A stretch of 63,135 nucleotides of DNA, counting the filler, from Octopus bimaculoides (lineage: Eukaryota), in NCBI RefSeq assembly GCF_001194135.2. It is 6 parts of 6 records of this genome, joined end to end, with 100 filler letters (N's around TTAATTAATTAA, not from the genome) between each part and the next. Parts side by side here need not be neighbours in the genome. Positions count along the whole stretch, not along the records: positions 1 to 27,062 come from NC_068988.1; positions 27,163 to 44,756 come from NC_068985.1; 4 more parts are not named here. One strand, written 5' to 3'. The notes below the pieces were generated by a model. It did not search any database, was not told the origin of the DNA, and saw nothing but the letters and a program-made list of their open reading frames with translations. Each line of letters begins with the position of its first letter. Positions within the stretch are counted from its first letter, which is position 1. The translations under genes and the position numbers were made by a program. Positions 13,693 through 27,555 of the stretch are shown here, one piece after another.

Positions 13693-14749
13693 GCACACAT
13701 ATATATGCACATGATGTGCGCGAGTATATGTGTAGTCAAAGAAACGCAAGCACATATATGTATGTGCACGTATGTGAACGCTTATACATTTAATCTGTAT
13801 AGATTTTCCTATACGTTATTGTATGTATTCTGTATGTGCACACAAACACTTTTGCACATGCATATACTTACAATCATATTGGAATGAATACAAAGAAATA
13901 TGCACCTAGTTCCGCATATTTCTTTCCGCAAGCAAATACTCATTCGATTCCTGCTTTTGTTTCCGCATCATAAAATGTGTAAATGGCGTTCTATCTTGCT
14001 CAGGCTCTTTTGTTGTCTAACACGGAAGAATTTGCTTCAAAAGAATAATGTTTAATCATTTTGTCTATCCTCTATATTTTTTCTCATACTTTTGTGATAA
14101 AGTCAGACGATTCGCATAGTCTTACATTGCTGTTTCAAAAATCCCTTCCATTTGTAATAAGTGTGTCTATCTTAGAGGGTAATATGTTGAAGAAAATAAT
14201 AATCAACTATTTTCTTTTACCCAAAGCCAAGACCTTTTCTCCACCACCTCGTAGCTCGACAATGGAAAGTTTGTCGGTTTTGAGTATGCAGGCTTATTAT
14301 GGTAGGTTTGTCCTAGACCAGACATTATTGCTTACAATTGTGTATTTAGGACTCCATTATAAAATGTGCTTTGAACATATTAAGATTTGAATTTAGGTCT
14401 GGTTGTCTGTTTTCTCTGGGAAAGTCTATGGATGCTTAGGGGCAGTTATACGTCATTACATTATATAAGTGTGTAAGTGTTCTTGTGCCAGTTAGCATGT
14501 AATTATAAACAAAATACGTTACATTATGTGCACTTGTGTCTGTCTGTTTACTTGTTTCTCTGTGTGTGAGAGCGTGTATGTTTGCTTGTCCCTCTAAGTA
14601 TGTAAATATATAGAGCTGTCTTGATTTATATATGTGTATGTGTGCTTGTATGTGTGATGAGCGCTTATTAAAGGTATGTTTAAAGTATGTCACAGGAGTA
14701 AGCAATAACAGCTTGGTAGATTTTAATTTAATATAGATATTAGTGTAAG

Positions 14750-15000
14750 GATGCATGGCCTAGGGGGTTAGTGTGTTGCACCCATGATCTCGAGATCGAG
14801 GTTTCAATTCGTGGTCCCGATGTAGTGTCTTTGTGCAAACAAACAAATAATAATTTCACATTGTTCTGCGATCATTTCCACATCTGACTTGTCGGACACT
14901 ATGCACTCGTTCAATCAACGTCAATTTCATGGAGGGAATGAGCGAAATGTACAACACAAGCATTTGATCAGTGTAAGAAAATCATTTTGTGCCCGTTATT
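14750..15000 (+). mobile_element. tRNA-derived SINE family D, diverged
   Basis: ggatgcatggcctagggggttagtgtgttgcac.catgatctcgagatcgaggtttcaattc..tgtagtgtctttgtgcaa..tttcacattgttc. Confidence 0.55.
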
Positions 15001-15138
15001 CTGCAAGAAATTACAGAACAGGTTCACAATCATTAATCATGATCCTGTGCGAACAAGTAACTGTTTTATTGCAACCGTGTAACCTAAGAAAAGAATTATG
15101 TACAAATATCTAATGAAATAAATAAATAAATATATATG

Positions 15139-15169
<31 letters not shown>

Positions 15170-16499
15170 AAATGAAATATAACTATTAGAGAATATAACT
15201 GATTGTATACTCTTTTGTAAGTATTTGCCATTGTATACCCCATCGTGGGGAAATCAGCTCGTTGAAGTATACTAATGGCTAGCTTTACCGAGTTGAGATT
15301 CCTTTACATTTTAAGCATCTCCATTTACTATTTGGCAGACCAAGCTACCTGAGAAAACTCGGACTAATCAAATTATTTCGAGACATTGCTTCGTAAATGC
15401 ACGATGAATTCATTATATTTCAGAAGTTTGTTTAATAAGACAGAATAAACTCTATAAACGAAATTTTATTGAGTATTTCACAATTCATTCTCATTTGCGT
15501 CATTCTGAATTTCGTTAGTAACCCAGCATAACTAGCTTCAGGACAGTGTGACTTTGCAGTATCCTGACATAGCATCTTCGATACTTTATCAAAATAGAAA
15601 ATCTTCTTTAGAAATATGTACTATAGTCGTTCCAGTAAATTTCAAATCGCACGCCACCACGAAGACATAATTGCACGTTACATCCACATACTTATATACT
15701 ATCAAGCACATTTATGTATATATAAATCACACATACATAGTTACATGCATACATGCATATATACATACATTCATACATATATACATAAGTATATACTGTT
15801 AGCGATATAGTTAACAGAAGAGGGATAACGTCATAAATATAAATATAAGCTGGTATCAAATTGTCTATTTTTATTAGCTGTATTTGTAATATGGAAATAA
15901 ATATACAAATGTGATGCAAATGCTACTTTCTGTTTTGAAAATATTGACAAAAATTCAATAGATAATAGTATTTTTTCAGAAAAAGTAACTTAATCAAATG
16001 GATCCATTCCCATAGTCTCTAGCCTTTATAATTTTATATTCATCACTCTGCTAAAGCTAGAATCAACTTACGTTTGATACATTGCATACGAATGTTTTTA
16101 AATTACTCAATTTAGAGAAATTAACACCGGTCTAGTAAAAATAATACCCACATTGTTGTATTCATTAATTTGTTTATGTAAATGATAAAGTTTTTAATAA
16201 TATTTAGGAAGAAAGTATCATAAATTTCAATGATGTTCTTGCATAGCAAAGGTATTTCCTGAGCGTCAAAATGGACTCTACATAACTTCCTTTATAATAA
16301 TGTACACCTCTCTATTACATCCAGTCACAGGTAAATTTATACGCACGCATAGAATTTCCCTATCATAGGTGCGCTCTGACTCACTGTCTCACTGACTGAC
16401 TGGCTGACTGACTGACTGACTCACTCACTCACTCACTCACTCACTCAGTCACTCATTCACTCACTCATTGTACCCATTATTATTGCTTTATATAATACT

Positions 16500-16625
16500 C
16501 TATTCTGCTCTAGGGGGCCAGTCGATTAGATCGACCCCAATATGCAACTGGTACTTAATCTCTTGGCCACCGAAAGGATGAGAGGCAGAGTCGACCTCAG
16601 CGGAATTTGAACTCAGAACGTAAGG
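16500..16625 (-). mobile_element. SINE family A, partial
   Basis: actggtacttaat..gaaaggatga.aggcagagtcgacctcagcggaatttgaactcagaacgta. Confidence 0.75.
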
Positions 16626-17184
16626 AGCTTTATAATATTGGTTCTCTTCTTTTACCGCATCGCTCAATATTACACTGGTACACGCATATTGGAAATACAC
16701 ACAGACACGCACGCAAGCACACGCACGCACACGCACGCACGCACACATACACACACACATACGCACACACATAATAGAAAATAAACCTAGCCTGAATAGG
16801 AAANNNNNNNNNNNNNNNNNNNNNNNNNNNNNNNNNNNNNNNNNNNNNNNNNNNNNNNNNNNNNNNNNNNNNNNNNNNNNNNNNNNNNNNNNNNNNNNNN
16901 NNNNNNNNNNNNNNNNNNNNNNNNNNNNNNNNNNNNNNNNNNNNNNNNNNNNNNNNNNNNNNNNNNNNNNNNNNNNNNNNNNNNNNNNNNNNNNNNNNNN
17001 NNNNNNNNNNNNNNNNNNNNNNNNNNNNNNNNNNNNNNNNNNNNNNNNNNNNNNNNNNNNNNNNNNNNNNNNNNNNNNNNNNNNNNNNNNNNNNNNNNNN
17101 NNNNNNNNNNNNNNNNNNNNNNNNNNNNNNNNNNNNNNNNNNNNNNNNNNNNNNNNNNNNNNNNNNNNNNNNNNNNNNNNNNNN

Positions 17185-17231
<47 letters not shown>

Positions 17232-18114
17232 AGCACAGATATATATATATATAAAACATTCAAATCTTTGGAACTGATATAAGAATTACATTTGCTCAAA
17301 TATTTCTATTATTTAGGGTAACAAGATATTCCAGATATTCCATTATAATTGGTATAATTAAGCAAATGATTTTCACCATTATATTGATTCTATATTTTTC
17401 TATAACTTATATCATTTTTTTGGAAGGTTGAAAAAATAATGTGGTCGAATGGTGAATTTGAACTGAAATGTTGAACGTATAATATAAATGAAGGTAATCA
17501 GTCTAAATACTTTCTGAAAGTCACCTTGTTTGTTGTAGCTACTTCACCGTCATTGGCAAGAATCACTAGTGATTTCAAGGAGATTAATATATTGTGTGAA
17601 ATGTAACATTCGTTTCTATACGGCGAAGAAGTGTAGAGATCTAATTGAAGGAGAATTGATTTAACTACGAATCTAAAGCCGAAGTGACACTACTAAATTA
17701 AATATACATTGAATTAATAAACATAAATAATGGTATTGATAACTTAATGTGAATCGTAATGCTACAATAATGATTTCCCTCTTGTCATAAAATAGTGTTA
17801 GAGACATCAGCATTCAAGTGAAATTTCGTGCCGGAAACAATAATGGAAAGAAGAGGTAGAAAAGAAAGAAGACGGGAAACTGATAGTAATTGAGTTAATA
17901 AACACATTCATGAAAATTTCTCAATGATAACAGACCAGTGTGAGATAAGCATAACAAATACACATGTCTAAGGATACATATCCAAATATTTACATAACTC
18001 TTATCATTGCTTTTAAGCTAACAACTTATCTGATGCCTTCAACTGTATAAACAAAGTGTATGCCGATACTTCTCTTAATAACATTATATATATCAGGTAT
18101 CAACTAGAGAATGT

Positions 18115-18260
18115 CTACCTGGTTGCTTGGTCTGCTAGAGATAGCAGTCAAATTGTTCAGAAAACAAAATCTGCCGTGTTAAATAAAGTAATGTGATACC
18201 ATATGATGTGTGAGAAGACAAAATGACCTCAACTGGAATGCTTTTGTTTACAAGTTTTTC
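18115..18260. repeat. Unclassified interspersed repeat (family E)
   Basis: tgctagagatagcagtcaaa motif recurs in degenerate form at about 11315-11345 and 45490-45540. Confidence 0.35.
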
Positions 18261-18552
18261 CATTTTGTGAAACAAAAAAAAAAAAACACTTCAGGTATCT
18301 AGCCAATGATATCGTGATGAACAAGAAGAAATAACGGATGTTACATTTTAGAGATTATAGCACGTCTACAGAAAACGAATAACACAATTATATTGGTGCC
18401 ATAAGCCTACTTACACAGAGTTAAACTGAAGACCTACCAAAAGTTGTGTTCACAAATACCTCTTGTTCGTGGGACTTGAAATAGAAAAACAAAAAAAGGA
18501 CAAGATAACAAGAAAAAGAAACAAAAAATGAAGAATGAAAGACATATGAAAC

Positions 18553-18818
18553 AGTAGTAGTAGTAGTAATAGTAGGAGGAGGAGGAGGAGGAGGAGGGGG
18601 TAAGAAGACGAAGAAGAAGAAGAAGAAGAAGAAGAAGAAGAAGAAGAAGAAGAAGAANNNNNNNNNNNNNNNNNNNNNNNNNNNNNNNNNNNNNNNNNNN
18701 NNNNNNNNNNNNNNNNNNNNNNNNNNNNNNNNNNNNNNNNNNNNNNNNNNNNNNAAGAAGAAGAAGAAGAAGAAGAAGAAGAAGAAGAAGAAGAAGAAGA
18801 AGAAGAAGAAGAAGAAGA
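18553..18818. repeat. Compound trinucleotide microsatellite (TAG)n(GGA)n(AAG)n with gap
   Basis: Read directly from the sequence. Confidence 0.95.
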
Positions 18819-19169
18819 ATATCATGATATTTTTGTGTGATCATATTAGTGTGAGGATCTTTTTCTTAGCTAACTTCCAATGTTAATTTCGTAAATACTA
18901 GGGCTGCCTATTCTGAAATATTTTAATGGTGCAAGTAGCTGTGTTTCCTGAATCAATAAATGTTACCTTGTGTGTCTTACTCCACTAAAAAAATTTCCAT
19001 GAGTATATGCATATAACTGTACACTCCTACTCCCATCCCTGCGTTCATATAGATATATTTGTATGTATGAACGTATGTTTGAGCGCGTGCTTTTAACATT
19101 TATACATACAGCCACACATAGGTGAGAGTGTACGCTGGATTTGAAACTGTCATTCCATCTGTTACAACG

Positions 19170-19425
19170 GCGAGTGTTCCAGCTGATCCCAGCAGCGGGA
19201 CAGCCAGATAGTGAGACTAACATGCAAGTGGTTGAAGACTCCTCATACACAAGCACCCTTAACAAGGCCGCCCCTTTGAATTACATGTACCACTCATTTT
19301 TCAAGATGAGCGGACAGTAGCAACATGAAATAAAGTGTCTTGCTTCAGGACATAACAAGCCACCGAGAATCGAACTTGCAACCCTAAGATCGCGAGCCAA
19401 GTACCCACTATTCATTAAGCTACGC
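19170..19425 (-). mobile_element. SINE family D, diverged
   Basis: acaaggccgcccctttgaa..actcatttt..agcaacatgaaataaagtgtcttgcttcaggaca..aatcgaactt. Homologous to 57000-57170. Confidence 0.7.
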
Positions 19426-20061
19426 ACCTTCTGGACATGATATATTCACACGCATACTCACATGCATAAACACACAAACGCATGCATATGCATATGTAAC
19501 AGTGTTAGAAATAATTTATTATAAGACTACAATTCAAAAGTTTTCTCTTTTTATAGATTTATACTTTAACGTTTTGCCTTTCTAATACCATATTCTCAAT
19601 TCTATAGGCTTTCTTTGCCAAGCTATTTTTACTTACTTTATTTCCTGCTATCTTTCTTGCTGAAATATTTCTTTCTCGCTAGCAATATAAATTCCCTTTA
19701 TATTTCCATGAAACCAATATTTTTCAAACTTTTGATCTCTGTTTCATTTATTCAGTCATTTTTCTTATTTTCTTTCACATTATTTCTGTTAGTATCATTT
19801 TTCCTTTTTTCTTTTCATCTCTAGTATCGATCTTGTAATAAATATTGATCTCTTATATCGCTAGATGGTCATCTCTTACTTAACAAGATATATAGTCGAT
19901 TGTTTCGAGCTGTTACGTATCACTGGTACTTATTTCCTATCTATGAGAGAAAGAAAGAATGATGTTAACGATAGTAATATTCGAACAGTGCATACAATAG
20001 CAAAATGAATTTTCATATAATATTACTCCATCACAATTGACAGCTACTCTCTTTTTATTTC

Positions 20062-20290
20062 AGTGCTTTTTGGGGGAGTCCATATATGATTTTGTTGGTA
20101 AAATATACCTGCAATAAATTGGCCATACTTCTACATTGCACAAAATATTTTAACAATTATTTTTATATAATTCTTAATAATATATATAATTATAACTATA
20201 TAATTGGATTTTGAAACATCGAATGGCTATGAAGGTCCTCTCGCAATTTTTTTTTTCCTACGAGAGTTCCAGACCCCAGTAGTGAACTCA
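20062..20290. mobile_element. Older diverged copy of the same hAT MITE
   Basis: gcaataaattggccatacttctacattgcacaaaatatttt and acatcgaatggctatgaaggtcc match 59440-59480 and 60078-60100. TIRs are decayed. Confidence 0.45.
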
Positions 20291-23200
20291 TTTGCATACA
20301 ACCAATCATAGTTCACCTTGATCTTGTTGTCATTTTAACAAACACACTCTACCAAGTAAACTCAAAACGAAGAACGGTGTTGTAAGTCAAGTTATGCCTG
20401 ATTTTAGGAGACAAGTAATTAGATTTGCATCTATAGCTATTATCGGATTTTGTTAGGATCCCATATAGTAAAAATGTGGATGGGAAAAATATGGGTAGAG
20501 GGCGATGTGCTAGTAACCCTCTCCCTTTACTGTTTTAGAAAGTAAACAACAACACAAATACCTACGCAGAGGAAGCCATGGTTGAAACAAGAACAAGAAC
20601 AACAAGCATTATCAAGAGTGTAAAGGAGCATGGTCATTCCTTACCCAAGTGACGTTATCTTATCGCCCATCACTTGTGACAACAACAACAGCAACAACAA
20701 GAACTGATTCAGTCTCAACATCTAACACCTGTTAATTCAACCACAATTGATGACCTACTTAATGAACGGTCAACTTTTCGGATTCCAGCTCATTTAGCCA
20801 AAGTTCGTTACCCACCCATGAAATCTTCAACAGCACCACCACAACAACAGCAATAATTACAGGTACAACAACAACCACAAAGACAGCAACAGACACAGCT
20901 TCAACCTACTACTATCCCAATTTGTTATCAACCAACTAAATGCTTGACCCCGAATGAATTTGCCGAACACAATGTACGCAAATTAAAATCTATTTCTCTT
21001 ACAGCCTACTAACGAAACCCCAAAATATGCCGTTATTCACAACGCAAGAGGTTGTGCACTGACACTGATTGAAAATTCCCTCATTTACCAGGGACTAGAC
21101 GCTCAATTCCAACTCAGAGTAGCAGCCACCACCAAAGTGCACATTCTAAAACAACGCCACTAACCCCACACCGGATGTAGTTTTTTTTTTCATTCGCAAA
21201 GTATGAATTTTTTAAAAGGAAGTAAAAAAAATCTGAAAATCGGCTATAATAATGTAGTTTTCCAGTTTCATTACTATGAAGGCATGATGTGGAGGAAAAA
21301 ATAGGAGGAATAAGTTACAGAGGTTTTAAAATCGGAAAAACTCTGTATTTTTAGCCAACAGTGGTGTCAACTTTAAGGCTCTACCCTGTGAAATTTAAAC
21401 TTTAGCATCCGTGACATGACCTGCTCGTTGTAGGTCTCTAAATAAAATCAACATGTATAATCTTACTGCTTCTTTTGTCTCTTCATTGATTGTATGTTTT
21501 TATAATTCTTAAAAATGTTGTTATATTAATATATCTGCCTGCATGTGTTTACTTTATATGTATATATNNNNNNNNNNNNNNNNNNNNNNNNNNNNNNNNN
21601 NNNNNNNNNNNNNNNNNNNNNNNNNNNNNNNNNNNNNNNNNNNNNATATATATATATATACTGATATGGTCAAAATGAGTGTTCAACACCTTATTGGAGG
21701 GTAAATATTCTTTATTTGTGAGATGATAATGTTAGTCGTCTCCAGGCTGAATGAGAAAAGTCTACATTAAACAAATTCAGCTGACGTAGCCGGGTACGCA
21801 ACCATATTTTAGTCAACTCAAGCTTTCAGTAGAAGACCATTGCCTCATGTTAGTAATGTATAATCGAACCAGTTACATTTACATTACGAGGCGATTTCTT
21901 AACGTCACATCTATGGCAACTATCTTATTATTCAGAAATAACGTTTTGCTTTGAAGCACAAAGTTTTCAACTCGTGATTTTGATATTAAATATTATCTTG
22001 AAAAAACGGAGCAGTATTATCCTGCAGAATATGAAACGAATTTAATGTGGAAGACATCAAAGATTGATCAAGTATCATTTTCAACTTAACTTTTACTCTC
22101 CAACAAAATATTAATTTCTCTATATACTATGATGTATATCCCTTTCTTGCAGTTTTGTTTTACATTATGAAATATAATGACCCACGAGCGAAAGCAAAAA
22201 TATAAAAATCTGTAATAATAAGAACACCAACGACAAGAGAATATTGAACAAGTGAGACAAATAAATATTTCAAACGCAATCAGTTATGATATTTATCTAA
22301 TATTCTAAACACGTGATTTGTTAACTCTTTTAACTTTTATATTAGATATTAATAAAACAATATCTTAATCCAGTCCTTTCTTTCGATAATTTGTATTTTA
22401 TTTCCTGTATTCTTTTGATCCATGCACGGCTTTAAATTTTCACCTGATGCATGTTAAGAAAATATCATGTAAAATTTCCTATAATCAATACTTTCAGATA
22501 TGCAGTAGTGATTCTTTAAATCATGCAAAAGTTATCGGCAAAAATATCGCAGTATTGATCAGTGTTCTGTTTCTTGATTTTGTTTTTTTTTTTTCATTTT
22601 CTCAAATTTCAATTCTTTGATTTATATTCGTTTTATTTTTTAAAATATAAATCAAACAATGAGAGAAAATATGGGAATGCTGTTTTATGAGTCTTCAATT
22701 GAAAAGTAATATTGATTGTGTTTGACTGATTGCATGTGCAATTGTTGTAGGAAGAATATAATTGATCGAATGAAACGGTATATTACTGGTAGTCCTTGAA
22801 ACGACTGCGCAAAAATGATTTGAAGATTATATCGTTGTTGATGCTTTTCATAGCAGATACATTATTCTTAACCTAGCACTATAAGGTAAATGTAAAGTGC
22901 CCCTACTGTTATGTAGAACCAATGTATACCATTTATGCCCATCAAAAGAATATTAGTAGCATATAAGCAATGAACAGCGAGTAGTAAATACAAATAGTTG
23001 AGTAAACACATTTGAAAACTTTATTCGATTGTGGTTGCCACTGACTCAGAATAAGGCTTAAGGCCACATTTTTATAAACCTTGTGTATTTCAAATAGGAG
23101 ATATATATGCAATTCAAGAATACAATAATAACTAAGTGAAAGCAATTATAGTTGAAGAAGAAAGCGAACAGGGATTAGAGACAGTAGAAGTCTTTGCTTC

Positions 23201-23847
23201 GATACACAAATTTCGCATCAAATATTCTGAGAATATATAACTTCTTGCTATTGAACAGGACCATGTATTTGAAGAAAACTCATATAATTGATTGAATAGA
23301 TATCGCCTTATTGACAGCAGAAATATTTAAGTCACATACAAGGCTTATTTATTGGAAATCATTTTTTTATATGGACGTAAGTGAATATTTAAGTATGTTG
23401 TGTCTTTCTTTTTTTCTCTTATTACATCGCAGTAAACGAACAAATATTGCAATAAATATGTCTAAAATGACCATGCGGTCACACAGTACATAACGGTTAT
23501 TATTTTATTGAACCTCGAATAATGAATAACTAAATCAATACCCAGTATATTTTAAATCAGGTCGCAAATACAAGTAATTTAATGTTGCAAGAAATGTCAT
23601 CAGTTACAATTCTGTTTTTGCTAAATAAAATGCTTTCAAGTGATCAATAAAAGTAACGTTATGTTACATTGGAAAAGAAGGAAAGACACTCACAAGACAG
23701 GCGTGCTAAATGACTAGACCAAGTATTTACTTCACAAGCTTTATAAAGATTGGAAAGAATTCGACGACAGTAGCAATTGAAATCGTTGTAGGAAAGCATA
23801 GGTATATTAATTAGTCTGTTCAACTCCCTACACTCGAATTCATATCA

Positions 23848-24210
23848 AACAGAGAACTCAGAGAGAACAAACCTCCGCCAAGGCAACACCAACGCATTCT
23901 CAAAGATTAGCTGGAGATGATTTTTAAAATGAGAATATCTAAAATAAACTCGACTGTTTTCACAACTAAAATACTAAAAATGAACCCGACCGCTCTCAAA
24001 AATTAAGTAAAAAAAAAAACAAAAGGAAAAGAAAACAGGAAAATAATCCGATACCAGATCGATCCCAAAATCTAATCAGTTCGTACCAGTCACGAAGTCA
24101 AACATCTCTGAAAGTTTCATCCGAATCCATCCAGTGGTTATTGAAATATCTAGTCCACGGAGAAACAAACAAACAAACACGACTGAAACAATATCTCCGC
24201 GGGCGTAATA
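23848..24210 (+). mobile_element. Helentron-type non-autonomous element (HINE/DINE-1-like)
   Basis: 5' subterminal acctccgccaagg, body ccaaaatctaatcagttc..aagtttcatccgaatcc, (CAAA)n, and 3' aaacaatatctccgc with a decayed stem-loop. This matches the HINE layout. Confidence 0.55.
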
Positions 24211-24547
24211 AGACTGATATATTCTTTTAGTTTCTTTTTCATTTTTTAATTTACTTAAGTAGTGTAAACTGCTTTAAAAACATCTTGTCTCAACAAATAT
24301 CCTTTATATATATATATTCATTCACATCTGAATATTTTATACACTTAAACATACACACATATATGCACACATATATACATGCATATAGATCTATCTATCT
24401 ATATATGTCTGTATATGTGTATTTATGTATGGTATGGTTGTGAGTGTGTGTATAAAGAATGAACACAGAAGGCGAAGATTTGTATACTACATATAGGTAT
24501 GTAATTTTTTTTTATTGAAACGATCTACATTTTAAGAGAAGGTAAAC

Positions 24548-24868
24548 ATTCTTTTCTACTCAAGGCAAAAGGCCTGACATTTTGGGGGATGGGGAGCACC
24601 AATTAGATTGACCCTAGTACGCAAGTGGTACTTAATTTATCGACACCGAAATGATGAAAGGCAAAGTCGACCACGGCGGAATTTGAACTCAGAGCGTAAA
24701 AGACAGACGAAATACCGATAAGCAATTCACCCAGGGTGCTAGCATTTCTGACAGCTCGCTGCCTTCATGGAGCATACTCTAGGCACATGGAGCATAATTT
24801 CTACTCTAGGAACAACGCCCAAAATTTTTTAGGGAGGGGGTCAATCTTTTATATCGACCCCAGTACAC
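24548..24868 (-). mobile_element. SINE family A, full copy plus adjacent 3' fragment
   Basis: Full copy at 24548-24766 ending gctcgctgcctt. A second 3' fragment lies at about 24798-24868. Confidence 0.8.
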
Positions 24869-25371
24869 CTTAAACACGAAGCATATATTGTAACATCAAA
24901 TGCGACGGGGAAGCAACCTCGAGGAATCAACAATTCTTCACTTTCAGTATATCATAATGGGAAAGAGAATTTGTGAGAAGAAGGCCATTATTTTACCTCA
25001 CATGGTTTTGACTCAATATGCATCGTCAACACGACATTGTTATAATTCCATTGCAACGTGATATGAGATTTAGGTGCATAGAAAAAGAAGCAGAGAATAT
25101 TTAAAACGTTAGAATATTTTCATAACAACGAAAAGTAGCTAAGAAACGTAACTTAGGGCGTCCCCATAAATGTATTTTATTTATCGGTATGGTAATTCGA
25201 GGAATCTTTGGAATCATTGTTTTCTTGTCCCTATTTCACTCCCAGCATGTTGCAAGTCTTTCTATGTCATTTTTTACGTTCTCTCCAGATATATAATTTT
25301 CTCTGCTCGTTTCACAGCTTCATGTAAGATAAGCTTTTGAAAATCAGATGTGAACTCGGTAAAATGATTAT

Positions 25372-25612
25372 ACATACGTATATATCAATATATGTTTATC
25401 TATATATCTGTCTATATACATATATATTTGTGTTTGTGTGCAGGTATATACTTAAGAAAATATTTAAACATATGCTCACATTTTCATATTTCTAACCCCA
25501 TACGTATACATACATGCATGCATACACACATACACACATACATACATACATACGGACATGCACACATACATACATACATGAACACATACAAACATACATA
25601 TATATATACATA

Positions 25613-25689
<77 letters not shown>

Positions 25690-25923
25690 ATATGTATGTT
25701 TGTATGTGTTCATGTATTTATGTATGTGTGCATGTCCGTATGTATGTATGTATGTATGTGTGTATGAGTGTATGCATGCATGTATGTATACGTATGGGGT
25801 TAGAAATATGAAAACGTGAGCATATGTTTAAATATTTTCTTAAGTATATACCTGCACACAAATACAAATATATATGTATATAGGCAGATATATAGATAAA
25901 CATATATTGATGTATACGTATGT
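25372..25923. repeat. Long inverted repeat: ~245-bp arms around a (TA)n centre
   Basis: 25372-25615 is the reverse complement of about 25677-25923 with few mismatches, including non-repetitive gcaggtatatacttaagaaaatatttaaacatatgctcac..ttctaacccc. Confidence 0.9.
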
Positions 25924-26001
25924 GTGTATGTGTATATATATATATTTGTGCGTATAGAGTGATGCATGCACATGTGTACAAATGCAAATATATCTGTGAT
26001 G

Positions 26002-26047
<46 letters not shown>

Positions 26048-26122
26048 NNNNNNNNNNNNNNNNNNNNNNNNNNNNNNNNNNNNNNNNNNNNNNNNNNNNN
26101 NNNNNNNNNNNNNNNNNNNNNN

Positions 26123-26166
<44 letters not shown>

Positions 26167-27062
26167 GATTATGCATATTAAATGATGTATACATAACGTG
26201 AAATGTTCTACTCTAATTTATTACTTGCTTTCAATTGCTCCCAGCTCTTTAATTGGTTTCTCCAAATAAGAGGCAAATTTCAATATGTTAATATTTTTTT
26301 AAGTAAGTCATTCAGCACAGCCCCGCCCCCACCTAGATTAATATCTCGCTGCCATTTTAGCTACTAACAATGATCACGATTTTCCTTGAAGCATAAAAAT
26401 TATATCTTCCCTGATATTAATTCATAATTTCTCGAAAGACTATCCCCTTAGTGAGAGTCACTAACAATTCCCTCTAAATTTCTATTTTTTGTCCACCTAA
26501 GGGAAAATTTCCATTCAATGACAATTTCCTGCCTGCGGAATTCGGTGTATCAGCACCTACTTCAAATATTTAACTTCATATTTTTTTCTATTGTAGTTAT
26601 TACATTCAGCGAACATTCTCTGCGTGTGTATAAACATAGGTACTGAAATAAATACAACTATATATACACAGGTACACACACAGGCACACACACACACACA
26701 CACAAACACACACACGCACACATACATAATTAAAATGCAAAAAGCATAGACAAATGAAATATATAATATTAACAGTGAATATCGAAGCCTAAAGGGAATC
26801 TCGTATTTTTCCATCTAGTAGGTATTTAACCCTATATTTTACATTTGATCATTTGTAGATTTTCTCATTGTGTGATTCACTGTTACACACACACACTCAT
26901 ACACACATATACACTCACACACACACATATATATATATATTGTTTTATTTCTTGATGGTTATTTGAATTGTTCATTTATTCTTTTAGCCAAATAAACACA
27001 CTGTTTCTCAACCTGTGGTGGGGGATAAACACAAGCACAATATATATATATATATATATATA

Positions 27063-27162
27063 NNNNNNNNNNNNNNNNNNNNNNNNNNNNNNNNNNNNNN
27101 NNNNNNTTAATTAATTAANNNNNNNNNNNNNNNNNNNNNNNNNNNNNNNNNNNNNNNNNNNN
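27063..27162. other. Artificial scaffold spacer (44 N + TTAATTAATTAA + 44 N)
   Basis: Exactly 100 nt, with stop codons in all six frames. Confidence 0.95.
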
Positions 27163-27193
<31 letters not shown>

Positions 27194-27513
27194 TTATACA
27201 CACACACACATATGTACATATACACATGCATACATGCACAAACTCACATACACAAGCGCGTGGGAACATATAGACGCATACACATGCAGTCATATATATC
27301 TACATACGTAAATATCTATCTAAATGTGTGTGTGCGTGTGTATGCACAAGTAAGATCATCCAAAGCAGTATACCGATATTATTGATGCGGTTGATGTTGG
27401 TACGCCAGGAGGACTTTACGGAAGTCAATCCCTTAGCCGATCTAAATGCATAGTAAAATCGTAAGAACTATCAGTATATATATACACACACACACACACA
27501 CACNNNNNNNNNN

Positions 27514-27555
<42 letters not shown>

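Noticed and set aside
26310-26360. GC box (CCCCGCCCCC) and GCCATTTT as a promoter
   Set aside because: Short motifs with no associated first exon or CpG island, so they cannot be supported.
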